Positions 1 to 10,364 of a stretch of 64,000 nt of DNA are shown piece by piece. The notes beneath the pieces are model-generated. The model was given only the letters and a program-made list of their open reading frames with translations. It ran no database searches and was not told the origin of the DNA. This DNA is from an uncultured Geobacter sp. GTDB lineage: Bacteria > Desulfobacterota > Desulfuromonadia > Geobacterales > Pseudopelobacteraceae. Each line of letters starts with the position of its first letter. Within the stretch, counting starts at the first letter, position 1. Made by a program: the position numbers and the translations under genes. The DNA is taken from NCBI GenBank assembly GCA_964420435.1, contig CAYQTC010000007.1, positions 70,018 to 134,017 of the forward strand, in the 5' to 3' direction.

Positions 1-261
1 ACAAAGGGGGCGGAGATTCTTACCGGCGAACGTCTGAAAAGCCTTTTCCAACTTGGGTTCAGCATCATACTCAAGCTGAAGTTCAAAGCGGATAAGCTTG
101 CAGATACCAGCTATGCCACAGGTAAAGCCCTTTCAGGACTGAAGAGCGCCAGACCACGCTACTATCGCGGTCTTGACACCGACGGCATTGATGGCTACAG
201 GGAATTCCTGGAGATGCAGGATGTGAAGAAAATGTCTGATTTTCTCACTAAGCTGAGTTAG
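1..261 (+). CDS. 3' end of an unidentified protein (partial; starts upstream of the window)
   Basis: Frame 1 is open from the window edge to TAG at 259-261 (...GYREFLEMQDVKKMSDFLTKLS*). No family recognised. Confidence 0.35.
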   Translation, partial: TKGAEILTGERLKSLFQLGFSIILKLKFKADKLADTSYATGKALSGLKSARPRYYRGLDTDGIDGYREFLEMQDVKKMSDFLTKLS

Positions 262-275
262 TGACTAACGTGTTA

Positions 276-2213
276 TTATACTTCATTTAAAATCCGTCGC
301 AGACGGCGATACTCTTCATCAGTCAGGCGCCGGTCACGGTACAGAGCGCCGGAATATATAACGGCGAACTCCATGATCCGGCTGCTTCCTGTCTTTTCTG
401 CAATTTCAAACAACCCCGACTGTCCCCGCCGGGTATCAAATGCGTATTCATTTTCTACCCGGCGCAGGAACTTTCGCAGAATCCGCTCTTCCCGCCTGCG
501 GAACAGGGTGGTCCGGCGAGCAGCAAACCACAGAACAGCCAAAACGGCAGACAGAACAAAATACGGCAAGGCACCGCGCATAATCCCGGCCGGATCGATT
601 CCCTGCAGCCGCTTTCCCGCCTTGCGGGCATACTCAAACTGCTGCTCGAAGTCATATACTATAACAGACCGATTCCACTCGTAATTCAAATAATCCATCG
701 TCAAACGCAACTTCAGAATCAGAGAGCGGGATTTATCGGCCTTCCAGACTTCGCCGGCGTTTGTCGCAAAACTGCTCGGATCGATCCGCAGCCATCCACT
801 CCCTTCGATGAAAACTTCCACCCAAACATGGGCCATATCATCGCTAATCAGATAATAACCGCCCAGCTGGTTATAGTCGCCGCCGACATAGCCCCCCACC
901 AAGCGGCACGGCACACCGGCACTCCTCAGCAGAACGGCGAAGGCCGAAGCGAAAAACTCGCAATGTCCCTGCTTGCCCTCAAACAGAAACTGCTCCAGGG
1001 CACGCTCGCCGGTGGGCAGTCCGCGCATGGAATAGCGGTATCCGCCGTTTCTGAAATGTGTCTCCAGCAGTTCCAGGCGTTCACGATCGGTCCTGCCTTT
1101 CCTGGCAATCTCACCGGCCAACTTCGCTATCCGTGTAGAAATATCATCGGGCAGATGCAGATAAAAGCGCTTGTTGACTGCACCGCTGACGGCCACAATT
1201 CCATCCGAAATTGATTTAGCCCGATAGTTGAGGCGCTTACCTGATGTGCCTGAGTATTCGAAAACACCATCCGGTGACTTTTTCAGGCGGGTCAGGCTGA
1301 TATTCGCAGGCCTGTCCAGCGCAATCAGAATCCGGGAAACAGCAGGCTCCGGATAGATTGACTGTTCTACCGGATTTCCCTTGAACAGCGGCTGTTCGGA
1401 CGGTACGCCTTCCGCCCTGATCCAGCGACTCCCCTGCAGCCGGTTGAATACGGCCCCGCGCCAGTAGAGCCTCTGCTGCGGCTGGAGCGGCATTTCGGCT
1501 CTGAACGCCAGCGTACGGGATTCTCCGACGGCCGGCTGTGCTCCAGGCTCAACCTTGTCCGAGAAACCGGATGTACGGACCGCCGGCGCAGCCAGAAAAT
1601 TCCAGAGCGGCATCTGTGTCCGAGGCAGAATTGGAAAGAATAACAACAGCAGCGGCAGCGACAATAGGGGCATCAGGCTACCGGCGATCAGCACCTTGCG
1701 CAGATCCGGCCTGGACAGCAGCATGTTGTTTTCCTGGTTCTGGAAGGTAAGCAGAACCAGTGCAATCGCAACCAGAAGCAGCATAAGCACAAGATAAAAC
1801 AGAAATACGGGACTTAAATCGTAGAGCGAGGAGGAAGCCAGGCAGAAAAGGGACAATGCCTGAATCTGCAGACTGTGTCGGACTGTCTTTTCTCCGGCGA
1901 GACGGACCGCCAGCATGACGGCCAGTACACTTACGACCGGCTGAATCGGATTGGCCCGGCTGAACTGAAGCGCAAAGAAAAGAAAAACCGGGACAATGGC
2001 AACATTCTGAATCCAGGGTTTTACAGGCCATTTTCCACGGTAATCCTGCCAGACCCCGAAAATGAGCCCTAAAGCCAGCGCCAGTCGGGGAAAGGTAGTC
2101 AGCCAAGGAAAAAGCGGGAGCATGCCGCAAAAGCTGATAACGTATGTCAGGATGCCCGCCAGTGTTCTAATTGAGACCATATACCGCCAACTCCGCCAGC
2201 AGGGTACGACCAT
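276..2213 (-). CDS. Transglutaminase-like membrane protein (DUF3488-like TM region plus transglutaminase core)
   Basis: 645-aa ORF with a multi-pass hydrophobic N-terminal half. Core motifs are QGHCEFFASAFAVLLRSAGVPCRLVGGY and HVWVEV. Last gene of a MoxR-DUF58-TGase triad. The start may be internal (M12, position 2180). Confidence 0.85.
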   Translation of the reverse strand: MVVPCWRSWRYMVSIRTLAGILTYVISFCGMLPLFPWLTTFPRLALALGLIFGVWQDYRGKWPVKPWIQNVAIVPVFLFFALQFSRANPIQPVVSVLAVMLAVRLAGEKTVRHSLQIQALSLFCLASSSLYDLSPVFLFYLVLMLLLVAIALVLLTFQNQENNMLLSRPDLRKVLIAGSLMPLLSLPLLLLFFPILPRTQMPLWNFLAAPAVRTSGFSDKVEPGAQPAVGESRTLAFRAEMPLQPQQRLYWRGAVFNRLQGSRWIRAEGVPSEQPLFKGNPVEQSIYPEPAVSRILIALDRPANISLTRLKKSPDGVFEYSGTSGKRLNYRAKSISDGIVAVSGAVNKRFYLHLPDDISTRIAKLAGEIARKGRTDRERLELLETHFRNGGYRYSMRGLPTGERALEQFLFEGKQGHCEFFASAFAVLLRSAGVPCRLVGGYVGGDYNQLGGYYLISDDMAHVWVEVFIEGSGWLRIDPSSFATNAGEVWKADKSRSLILKLRLTMDYLNYEWNRSVIVYDFEQQFEYARKAGKRLQGIDPAGIMRGALPYFVLSAVLAVLWFAARRTTLFRRREERILRKFLRRVENEYAFDTRRGQSGLFEIAEKTGSSRIMEFAVIYSGALYRDRRLTDEEYRRLRRILNEV

Positions 2214-2997
2214 GATGGCTTCCGCATCCGGACGGAATTATCCGGTCGCCCAAAACAAGTCCGACCGGGCGCTCCCTCACCCAGCGCCGCACAAGCCAGG
2301 CCGCCCTTGACAGCCGTTCCTCCATTCCCCGACCCGGCAACGCTTCAATATCAATGGTAAGCGGTATTGACGGCTGGCGGCCAAAACCTTTCACCAGAAA
2401 GTCGGCGCTGCGGGCCGAAAGTTTCCAATGGATCATCCGCAGCGGTTCAGCCCCTGTGTAGGGATCGATCCGCTCCAGCTCACCATCCAGCCCCCGGTCT
2501 CTCATCAAACCGGAACCGGCACGCGGTGCGTGATCACCTGAATACGGGAAAGCACTCTCAAGCGGTTGCGGGAAAACCGTCAAAACGGTGTCGATTTCGA
2601 ACGTCCAGTATCGGGTGAAAAATCCGACCGGATAGGAAGAGCTGACCGTGACCCGGCCGAACGGTACTTTTCCGCGCTGACTGAATGTCAGCATGACACT
2701 CCCATCACGGGATGCCTGTTTATCAATGACTGAAAAAATCTGTGATTGTCCTGATTGGCACTCAACACGGATCAGGAAGGAGGGGAGATGGCGTTTGCTG
2801 TTTTGCACACGCAGCCTGAATGGCGCCGAAGTTCCGGCAAAGATTTCATCGGGCGGCAGAATGAGCGGAACCAGCCCCTTGATGTTGGACATTCCGGCCA
2901 GTCCGGTCACACACATAAAGGCCAGAAGTCCGGAGACCACCAGATACAGCAGGTTGTTGCCGGTGTTGACAGCGGAGAAACCGAGCAGAAGGGTCAA
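2167..2997 (-). CDS. DUF58 domain protein (vWA-like partner of MoxR ATPases)
   Basis: 276-aa ORF with N-terminal TM helices. Contains the DUF58-type motif RIDPYTGAEPLRMIHWKLSARS. Sits directly downstream of the MoxR gene. Confidence 0.8.
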   Translation of the reverse strand: MTLLLGFSAVNTGNNLLYLVVSGLLAFMCVTGLAGMSNIKGLVPLILPPDEIFAGTSAPFRLRVQNSKRHLPSFLIRVECQSGQSQIFSVIDKQASRDGSVMLTFSQRGKVPFGRVTVSSSYPVGFFTRYWTFEIDTVLTVFPQPLESAFPYSGDHAPRAGSGLMRDRGLDGELERIDPYTGAEPLRMIHWKLSARSADFLVKGFGRQPSIPLTIDIEALPGRGMEERLSRAAWLVRRWVRERPVGLVLGDRIIPSGCGSHHGRTLLAELAVYGLN

Positions 2998-3029
2998 TGC
3001 AACAAAGAGCGCACCGGCCTTGCTGATCT

Positions 3030-3965
3030 TCAGACCAAAGGCAACGGTATGCGGTCGATGATTGTCCGTAGCACCCCTCCCCTGTCAGATATGGACATTT
3101 CGCCCCGCATAACCAGTCGATGGGCACAGACCGCCATGACGGTGTTGCGGACATCATCCGGAGCGACGTAGTCGCGACCAGCCAGAAACGCGGACGCCCT
3201 GGCAGTCTGGGCCAGGTTGATAGCCGCCCGCGTGGAAAGCCCGGTCAGAATCAGATCGTCCGAGCGGGTTGCAATGATAAGTGCATGGATATAGTCCAGC
3301 ACCTTTTCGGAAAGGTACACCGATTGAACATCACGGCGGGCGGTCATGATTTCGTCCAGCGTCACAAGCGACGTCATGCCGCTGATCCGCTCGCGGATTC
3401 CGCCTTCGGCGATGATGCGTCTTTCAAGATCTTTCGGTGGGTAACCGATGTCGGTACAGATAAGGAAGCGATCCAGCTGCGATTCGGGAAGCGGAAATGT
3501 GCCGCTCTGGTCGGACGGATTCTGGGTGGCAAAGACCATGAACGGCTCAGGAAGATGATGTGTAACACCCTCCATCGTCACACGTCGTTCCTCCATCGCT
3601 TCCAGCATGGCACTCTGTGTGCGCGGCATGGCCCGGTTGATTTCATCCAGAAGAACAATGTTGTTGAATATCGGGCCCGGCTGAAAACTGAACTGCCCTT
3701 CGTCACGTTTGAATACCGACAAACCGGTAATATCGGAAGGAAGCAGGTCGCTGGTGCATTGAACCCTTCCGAACGAAAGTCCTGTAATCCCGGCCAGTGT
3801 CAAGGCAACCGTCGTCTTACCCAGGCCCGGCAGATCCTCGATCAGAATGTGTCCACCGCACAGCAGTGCAATCGCCGACAAACGCAGCACCTCTTCCTTG
3901 CCCTGCAGATAGTCGCGCGAGAGTGTTGCAAGCATGTTTGTAAAAACCTGATTTCGAGCTGTCAT
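3030..3965 (-). CDS. MoxR-family AAA+ ATPase
   Basis: 311 aa. Walker A is GLPGLGKT and Walker B is VLLDEINRAMPRTQSAMLEAMEE, with the typical MoxR (AAA_3) length and layout. Confidence 0.9.
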   Translation of the reverse strand: MTARNQVFTNMLATLSRDYLQGKEEVLRLSAIALLCGGHILIEDLPGLGKTTVALTLAGITGLSFGRVQCTSDLLPSDITGLSVFKRDEGQFSFQPGPIFNNIVLLDEINRAMPRTQSAMLEAMEERRVTMEGVTHHLPEPFMVFATQNPSDQSGTFPLPESQLDRFLICTDIGYPPKDLERRIIAEGGIRERISGMTSLVTLDEIMTARRDVQSVYLSEKVLDYIHALIIATRSDDLILTGLSTRAAINLAQTARASAFLAGRDYVAPDDVRNTVMAVCAHRLVMRGEMSISDRGGVLRTIIDRIPLPLV

Positions 3966-4061
3966 GATTCCGGAAGCCTCTCAAAAGTTCTTGCGTTTTA
4001 ATAAGACAAAGGGTTAAGTATGCTAAGTATGATACACCAGCATACTACAGGAGAATTTGCG

Positions 4062-4352
4062 ATGATATTCAAGCGAAATATTGTATCCAAGATCCTCTCA
4101 AACGGCTTGAAGGCTGATTTTGCTCTGGTGAAGGAAGAGGATGTTTTCCAGGCCGCACTTTATGTTGACGGCAGACATATCCCCGGACCTGCACTTCCGA
4201 CTCCGCTTGACCCATGCAAAGGCGACGTGACCCACTGGATGGGAAATCGTCCCAGTGTCGGACTCACAAGCGAAGAGGCGGAAAAAATCACCCGTGAAGT
4301 CAACATGGAAAACAGTGTCCTGCAACATCGCAAGATTATAAATGAAACTTGA
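4062..4352 (+). CDS. Hypothetical small protein
   Basis: ORF track gives 4020-4352. The ATG at 4062 is preceded by GGAG at about -8, so it is the preferred start. No family recognised. Confidence 0.4.
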   Translation: MIFKRNIVSKILSNGLKADFALVKEEDVFQAALYVDGRHIPGPALPTPLDPCKGDVTHWMGNRPSVGLTSEEAEKITREVNMENSVLQHRKIINET

Positions 4353-4596
4353 TGTGTAATCGGAAACTACTGGCTTAAAACATTTTGCTGATCAAGACCG
4401 CGGGGTTTGATCGTCAATCCCCGCATAACTCCCTCAGAGCAACTGCAGCCATTCTCGCTAAGAGCTCCAATCACCTTACCGAATTATACCGCATGTTACC
4501 ACAACCGCCCCCGGGCTCCAAGCCTATCAGCTTGATTTGACTCCGCCAATCAGGTATATCTGTTCACGACAAATGTATACACTATCCTGAGGCACA

Positions 4597-6552
4597 ATGA
4601 ACGACTTGTTAAAAACACTAAAAATGCGCGGCAAGCTGCTGGCGCTAGTTCTGCCGCTGGTGATCGGCCCGATTTTTATTGTCGCCGGCGTGATCGGCTA
4701 TATTGCCAATCAGCAGGCCTATCGCGGAATAACCAAAACCAGCAAGGACGACCTTCAGCACATGTCATCCTTCACTATTGACCTGCTTAACTCCCATTAT
4801 CAGCAGTTTCAGGTTTATAAACAGGACCGTTTGCGATATCTGAACCAGGAACTGGCAACCCTGGCGTCTCTCTCTTTCAATCTGGTGGAAAGCGAACACA
4901 ACCAGCATATAAAGGGGCGGCTTGATCTGGACACAGCCAAGCGCGAAGCCCGCAAAGCTCTGAAAATGGTCAATGTCGGCGAAACCGGCTATATTTATGC
5001 CATGACCAGCAAAGGGGATCTGCAGGTCCATATTGCCAGAGAGGGCGAGAATGTTTTTGATGAACAAGATGAAAACGGGCGTTATTTCATTCGCGAAATA
5101 TGCAGAACCGCAAAAGCTTCAAAACGAGGGGAAACACTCTTCATTACCTACCCCTGGCGCAATGCAGTGCTGGGCGACAAACGCCCGCGCAACAAGATAA
5201 TTGCATATCGCTATTTTCGCGAATGGGACTGGATAATCGCCGCCGGAGGGTATCTGGACGAAACATCCGAAGATGCGGCCTTCGAGCGTAAATCATTTGC
5301 GGCACTGAAAGACAGCATAAAAAATAAAAAGGTCGGTGCAACCGGCTACATTTACTGTATGAACAGCAAGGGCACATTTACGATCCATCCGGACTCGGAG
5401 GGCAAAAACCTGATCGATGCCATAGATGAAAACGGCAATAAGTTCATTCTGGAAATGTGCACAAAAAAGAGCGGTTGGATTCGTTATCCGTGGAGAAATA
5501 AAGGCGATAAGGACGCACGTATGAAAATCGCGCGTTATGAGTATTTTGAACCATGGGACTGGATTATTGCGGTTGGATCATATGAAGATGAGTTTTACCT
5601 GGAAGCCAACAAAATCAAAACCCATATCATGTACAGCATGGTTCTTTTGATTCTGGTGGTCGGACTAACCTCAACACTTATGGTTTTTCGGGCCTCAACC
5701 ATCATTACCAACCCGATCACGCATATGATCGAAGTCATCAGGCGGGTAAAACGCGGCAAACTGGATGAGCGTATGCAGGTTTCAGGCGAGGATGAGCTGG
5801 CTGAAATGGGTAGCGCGTTCAATCGCATGACCGAAATCATCCGACGCAACAGAGATATTGAAGCCAGCCTGGCCCAGCAGGGTAAAATGGCTTCTCTTGG
5901 GGTGCTGTCATCTGGAGTAGCGCATGAAATCAACAATCCATTGGGCGTAATCCTTGGCTACGCCGGCTACCTTGAGGGGAAGATGAGCGAGGAAGACCCC
6001 AACTACAAATATATCCACGAGATAAAAAGGGAAAGCAAACGCTGCAAAAAAATCGTTCAGGACCTGCTGTCATACGCCCGCACCCCCCGCCCGACCCTGG
6101 AAACAACCGATCTGAATGATCTGCTGCAGCAGATTGTGGATTTCGCCGCCAACCACACCGACATGCGCAATGTAACCATTACCACCGAATTTGCTGCCGA
6201 TATCCCTAAGATTGAGCTGGACGGCGACCAGATGAGACAGGTTGCCATCAACCTGATTCTGAATGCCGGCGGTGCGATGCCTGAGGGTGGCAAGCTCAGC
6301 ATAAAGACGGAAGCTGCTACAGATGAGCGTATCAGCATACTCTTCTGCGACAGCGGCTGCGGCATACCGGCTGAAAGTCTTGACAAGATATTTGAACCAT
6401 TCTACACGACCAAGGAACGGGGTACCGGATTGGGTCTTGCCATCACGAAACAGATCATAGATCAGCATCATGGAGAGATCCGGATTGACAGCAGTATCGG
6501 AAAAGGCACCTGCGTTACAGTCACGCTGCCGATTTACCAGGAGGAACTGTAA
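4597..6552 (+). CDS. Sensor histidine kinase with two tandem Cache-like periplasmic modules, HAMP, HisKA and HATPase_c
   Basis: N-terminal TM helix. Contains duplicated modules GETGYIYAMTSKGDLQVH...YFREWDWIIAAGGY and GATGYIYCMNSKGTFTIH...YFEPWDWIIAVGSY, followed by a second TM helix. H-box SSGVAHEINNPLG, N-box LILNAGGAM, G-boxes DSGCGI and GTGLGLA. Confidence 0.9.
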   Translation: MNDLLKTLKMRGKLLALVLPLVIGPIFIVAGVIGYIANQQAYRGITKTSKDDLQHMSSFTIDLLNSHYQQFQVYKQDRLRYLNQELATLASLSFNLVESEHNQHIKGRLDLDTAKREARKALKMVNVGETGYIYAMTSKGDLQVHIAREGENVFDEQDENGRYFIREICRTAKASKRGETLFITYPWRNAVLGDKRPRNKIIAYRYFREWDWIIAAGGYLDETSEDAAFERKSFAALKDSIKNKKVGATGYIYCMNSKGTFTIHPDSEGKNLIDAIDENGNKFILEMCTKKSGWIRYPWRNKGDKDARMKIARYEYFEPWDWIIAVGSYEDEFYLEANKIKTHIMYSMVLLILVVGLTSTLMVFRASTIITNPITHMIEVIRRVKRGKLDERMQVSGEDELAEMGSAFNRMTEIIRRNRDIEASLAQQGKMASLGVLSSGVAHEINNPLGVILGYAGYLEGKMSEEDPNYKYIHEIKRESKRCKKIVQDLLSYARTPRPTLETTDLNDLLQQIVDFAANHTDMRNVTITTEFAADIPKIELDGDQMRQVAINLILNAGGAMPEGGKLSIKTEAATDERISILFCDSGCGIPAESLDKIFEPFYTTKERGTGLGLAITKQIIDQHHGEIRIDSSIGKGTCVTVTLPIYQEEL

Positions 6553-7944
6553 ATGACCAGCAAGAAACGCATCCTGTTGATTGACAACGAGGAAGGCCTC
6601 TGCCGGATGATGGAAAGTATTCTGATTGATAACGGCTATCTGGCCAAGGCTTATACCTCTCCACAGAAGGCGGTTGAAGAGTTCAAGGCCTTGGCCTGGG
6701 ATCTTGTTATTAGCGACATCAAAATGCCTGGCATGAGCGGCCTGGAAGTACTGCAGTCTATCAAGGAAAAACAGAAAGATATACCGGTCATCATGATTAC
6801 CGCCTACGCCACGGTCGACATGTCGATTCAGGCTCTGCGCAAAGGTGCCTATGACATGCTTACCAAGCCGTTCGAACCGGAGGAATTGATTTACAGGGTA
6901 AAGAACGCCCTGCAGCAATCCCAGCTGATCGAAGAAAACCGCGAGTTACGGGCCGAGCTGGAGGCAAAATTCTGTTTTGACAACATAATAGGTTCATGTG
7001 ACGGTTTAAAGTCAATACTCGAACGTGTTGAAAAAGTTGCAGTCAGAGACACGTCTGTACTGATAACCGGCGAGTCCGGCACCGGCAAGGAGTTGATTGC
7101 TCAGGCAATACACTATAACTCTCCCCGCCGTGATAAAAAATTCATCGCCATCAATTGCGGCGCCCTCCCCGAAACACTGTTGGAAAGCGAGCTGTTCGGC
7201 TACAAAAAAGGTGCCTTCACCGGGGCCAAAGAGAGCCGTCAAGGCCTTCTGGAAGCGGCCAACGGCGGCACGCTGTTTCTGGACGAAGTCGGTAATCTGC
7301 CGATAAATGTCCAGAAAACCCTGCTGCGTTTTCTTCAGGAAAAAGAGTTCAATCGACTGGGTGACACAACTCCCACCAGGGTTGACGTGCGAATACTTTC
7401 CGCGACCAATTCAGATCTGAAAGAGGCCATCAAAAGCGGCATATTCAGGGAGGATCTTTATTACCGGCTGAATGTGGTCAACATCCACCTGCCGCCGCTC
7501 CGCGAGCGTCGCAACGACATCCCCCTGCTGGCCGCACATTTCATTCATCTGCAAAACCAGAAGTTCGGAACCTCAATTAAGGGCTTTGAAAGCGATGCGA
7601 TCCACTCGTTATGCGATTTTGACTGGCCCGGCAATATCAGGCAGCTTAAAAATGTGATCGAAGCCTGTATGGCCATGGAAACCAACGATTACATTTCATG
7701 GGGAACACTGGTGCAGTTTGTGGAAGGCGGTTACGGCGATGCGCCTGCTGAAACAGATACCGCAGTTATGGGTGAACTCCCCTTTAATACGGCACTGGAG
7801 CGATTTGAAGCGGATTTGTTGAAAGGACTGCTTAAAAAACATCGTGGGATAATCGAAAATGCTTCAAAAGAAGCCGGCATGAATATGGTTACCATGTACC
7901 GTAAAATCAAGAAATACGGCATTAAAAAGGAAGATTACAGCTGA
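6553..7944 (+). CDS. Sigma-54-dependent response regulator (NtrC family)
   Basis: Receiver domain (DIKMPGMSG), AAA+ domain with GESGTGKE and the GAFTGA sigma-54 contact loop, and a C-terminal Fis-type HTH. The ATG directly abuts the kinase stop (TAAATG). Confidence 0.92.
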   Translation: MTSKKRILLIDNEEGLCRMMESILIDNGYLAKAYTSPQKAVEEFKALAWDLVISDIKMPGMSGLEVLQSIKEKQKDIPVIMITAYATVDMSIQALRKGAYDMLTKPFEPEELIYRVKNALQQSQLIEENRELRAELEAKFCFDNIIGSCDGLKSILERVEKVAVRDTSVLITGESGTGKELIAQAIHYNSPRRDKKFIAINCGALPETLLESELFGYKKGAFTGAKESRQGLLEAANGGTLFLDEVGNLPINVQKTLLRFLQEKEFNRLGDTTPTRVDVRILSATNSDLKEAIKSGIFREDLYYRLNVVNIHLPPLRERRNDIPLLAAHFIHLQNQKFGTSIKGFESDAIHSLCDFDWPGNIRQLKNVIEACMAMETNDYISWGTLVQFVEGGYGDAPAETDTAVMGELPFNTALERFEADLLKGLLKKHRGIIENASKEAGMNMVTMYRKIKKYGIKKEDYS

Positions 7945-7958
7945 AAGACAGTGGGGTT

Positions 7959-9041
7959 CTACTCAGCAACCCCGCCAAACTTTCTGATCATTCGCCCCGA
8001 TGAAACTTCCCATTCACGAATCCAGTTGTCGCCGCCGGTTGTGAACATTGTTTTCCCATCAGGAGCAAACCGGGCCAATAAGGCAGAATCTGCAAGTTCG
8101 TTTCGCCAAGCGGCTTTACTTTCGCGTAGATTCCAGAGAACCAGACTTTGATCCTCCTCGATCACTGCCAGCAGATCACCATCCGGCGATACCGCAATAT
8201 TGTTAATCAGTCTGCCTTGAAATGATATGGTGCTGCGCAGAGTTCTCAAGTGGACATTCCACCCTTTTACTGTCTGGTTGTCCGAAGAGGCATACAAAAC
8301 AGACCCGTTAGCCGAAACCGTCAGTGAAGTCACCAAATCTTCGGATGGTTTCAACAGAGCGGCAAGAGCAGTATTACTCTCAATGTTCCACAAATAAAGC
8401 GCGCCATCCGTTCCAGAGCTGGCAAATTCATTTCCACCCGGGATGAAGGCGATTTGTTTCACTTCTCCGGCATGGGCCTTAATTCTGCGAACTACCGATC
8501 TGTCTTTCATATTCCAGACCACTATCATGCCCTGCATATCACCGCTGGCAACATAGCCTCCGTCATCAGAAAACGCCAGCGAGACGACCTCGGCTTTGTG
8601 ACCGTTTTCAGTAGATGCCAGCACGCCAAGTCTTTTCCCGCTTTTTACGTCCCACAATACCGGCATATGCTTGCGAAAACGCGCCCAGACCAGCGTGGCA
8701 GCGTCGGGCGAAAATGCCGCAGAAACAACCCAGAGCCGAACAGGGTCCGGTTTTCCGTTTTCCCTGATCAACCTGCCTGACTTCACATCCCAGAGGAAAT
8801 TATTTTCATCCTCGTCACCCGTCAGCGCGTAGCGACCGTCTTTGCTAAGTGCGAATACGGATATTTCCTTACGATGCCCGGCCGGCTGTTCACTTGCAAC
8901 CGGTTTAACCGGTTCTCCCAAAGCCGGCTTTGGAGCTGCCAAAGGAGATAATTCAGCTGCAGGCAGTTCAGAAAGAGGATACATTGTGAGCGTCAGCAGC
9001 ACACAAACAGTTGTTTTAATGATTCGGCTCATCAAATGCAC
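7959..9041 (-). CDS. Secreted WD40-repeat beta-propeller protein
   Basis: 360 aa with a signal-peptide-like N-terminus. Repeated ...SPDG/SDDG...LW(D/N)(V/I/L)... units are typical of WD40 blades. Confidence 0.75.
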   Translation of the reverse strand: MHLMSRIIKTTVCVLLTLTMYPLSELPAAELSPLAAPKPALGEPVKPVASEQPAGHRKEISVFALSKDGRYALTGDEDENNFLWDVKSGRLIRENGKPDPVRLWVVSAAFSPDAATLVWARFRKHMPVLWDVKSGKRLGVLASTENGHKAEVVSLAFSDDGGYVASGDMQGMIVVWNMKDRSVVRRIKAHAGEVKQIAFIPGGNEFASSGTDGALYLWNIESNTALAALLKPSEDLVTSLTVSANGSVLYASSDNQTVKGWNVHLRTLRSTISFQGRLINNIAVSPDGDLLAVIEEDQSLVLWNLRESKAAWRNELADSALLARFAPDGKTMFTTGGDNWIREWEVSSGRMIRKFGGVAE

Positions 9042-9100
9042 CCCACTTGGATCAATTCATTACGTTTATCAGTTAACACCATCTGGACATATTACACCAG

Positions 9101-10294
9101 TTACGCCAGCAAAGTCTGCATCAGCGCATGTCCTTCCATTGTCAACCCGGTGGATTTTGCCTGGAGTTCGTCATACGAAACCGCACCATTTCCAGCTCCG
9201 GTACCACCGCGATATATCACGAACGGAACCGGATCGGATGTATGAGTCATCAACTTTACCGGCGTCGGATGATCAGGCGTGCAGAGTATCGCGTATTCTC
9301 CGAATTTCTTCATCCCCTCCAGCACAGTTCCCACCACCTGACTGTCAAAATCCTCGATAGACTGGATTTTGTGATCCATCCTGCCGGCATGAGAAGCCTC
9401 ATCCGGCGCTTCCACATGGACATATACAAAATCGTGATCTTCCAATGCCGCCAGAGCCGCCTGTGCCTTACCCAGATAGTTGGTGTCAATATAGCCGGTG
9501 GCCCCTTCAACGTTAATGATATCCAGGCCGGCACAGATTCCGATGCCCTTAATAAGGTCGACAGCCGATATAACTGCGCCGGTCAGTCCGTATTTTTCCT
9601 TATAGGAAGCGATTCGTGGAGTTTTTCCATGTCCCCAGAGCCAGATCGAGTTGGCCGGCAGCTTATCTTCGTTTTTGCGTTTCTTGTTAACCGGATGATT
9701 GTGAAGCAGCATCTGGGCATGGTTCATTAAATTGATCAGTGTTTCGGAGCCGTCCCCCTTGGGCAGATAATCAATTATAGCCTTGCCGGTGATATCGTGC
9801 GGCGGAGTCCCCTTCATGCCGTCCTTGCCGCCGCGCCAAACCATCAGATGACGATACCCGACACCGGGATGGAACTCAATCTCAGAACTGCCCAAACCCT
9901 GCTGCAGTGCTTCGACCAACTCACGAGCCTCTTCGGTGGAGATGTGTCCGGCAGAAAAATCCTGCATATAAATCGAGCTGCCGTGCGGCTTGAGGGTAAC
10001 CAGATTCATCCGGAATGCAACATCATCAGGACCGAGTATAACTCCCATGCTGACAGCCTCCAGCGGTGAGCGACCGGTGTAACAGTTGCGGGGATCATAG
10101 CCGAAGACCGAGAGATTGGCCACGTCGCTGCCGGGAGGAAGACCTGCCGGAACTGTGTTGGCCAGACCGGTCTGGCCATGCTGCGCCATGAAATCCATAT
10201 TCGGAGTTGCAGCTGACTGAAGAGGAGACTTATTGCCTAGTTCACTGTAGAGTTCGTCCGACATTCCGTCGCCAAGGAGGATAATAACCTTCAT
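9101..10294 (-). CDS. apgM: Cofactor-independent phosphoglycerate mutase, archaeal-type (ApgM family; the same family has been proposed as a non-canonical homoserine kinase)
   Basis: 397 aa. N-terminus MKVIILLGDGMSDE, followed by PNMDFMAQHG and GSDVANLSVFGYDP, with a metalloenzyme-superfamily C-terminus. Confidence 0.8.
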   Translation of the reverse strand: MKVIILLGDGMSDELYSELGNKSPLQSAATPNMDFMAQHGQTGLANTVPAGLPPGSDVANLSVFGYDPRNCYTGRSPLEAVSMGVILGPDDVAFRMNLVTLKPHGSSIYMQDFSAGHISTEEARELVEALQQGLGSSEIEFHPGVGYRHLMVWRGGKDGMKGTPPHDITGKAIIDYLPKGDGSETLINLMNHAQMLLHNHPVNKKRKNEDKLPANSIWLWGHGKTPRIASYKEKYGLTGAVISAVDLIKGIGICAGLDIINVEGATGYIDTNYLGKAQAALAALEDHDFVYVHVEAPDEASHAGRMDHKIQSIEDFDSQVVGTVLEGMKKFGEYAILCTPDHPTPVKLMTHTSDPVPFVIYRGGTGAGNGAVSYDELQAKSTGLTMEGHALMQTLLA

Positions 10295-10321
10295 ACAAGC
10301 CTTTCAGAGTGTAATTTTTAT

Positions 10322-10350
10322 ATATTAGATTTCGAATGCACTGTTGTCAA
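10322..10350 (-). promoter_or_regulatory. Sigma-70-type promoter for apgM
   Basis: Minus strand reads TTGACA (10350-10345), then a 17-nt spacer, then TAATAT (10327-10322). It lies about 28 nt upstream of the apgM ATG. Confidence 0.55.
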
Positions 10351-10364
10351 TGAAACAAGACACG

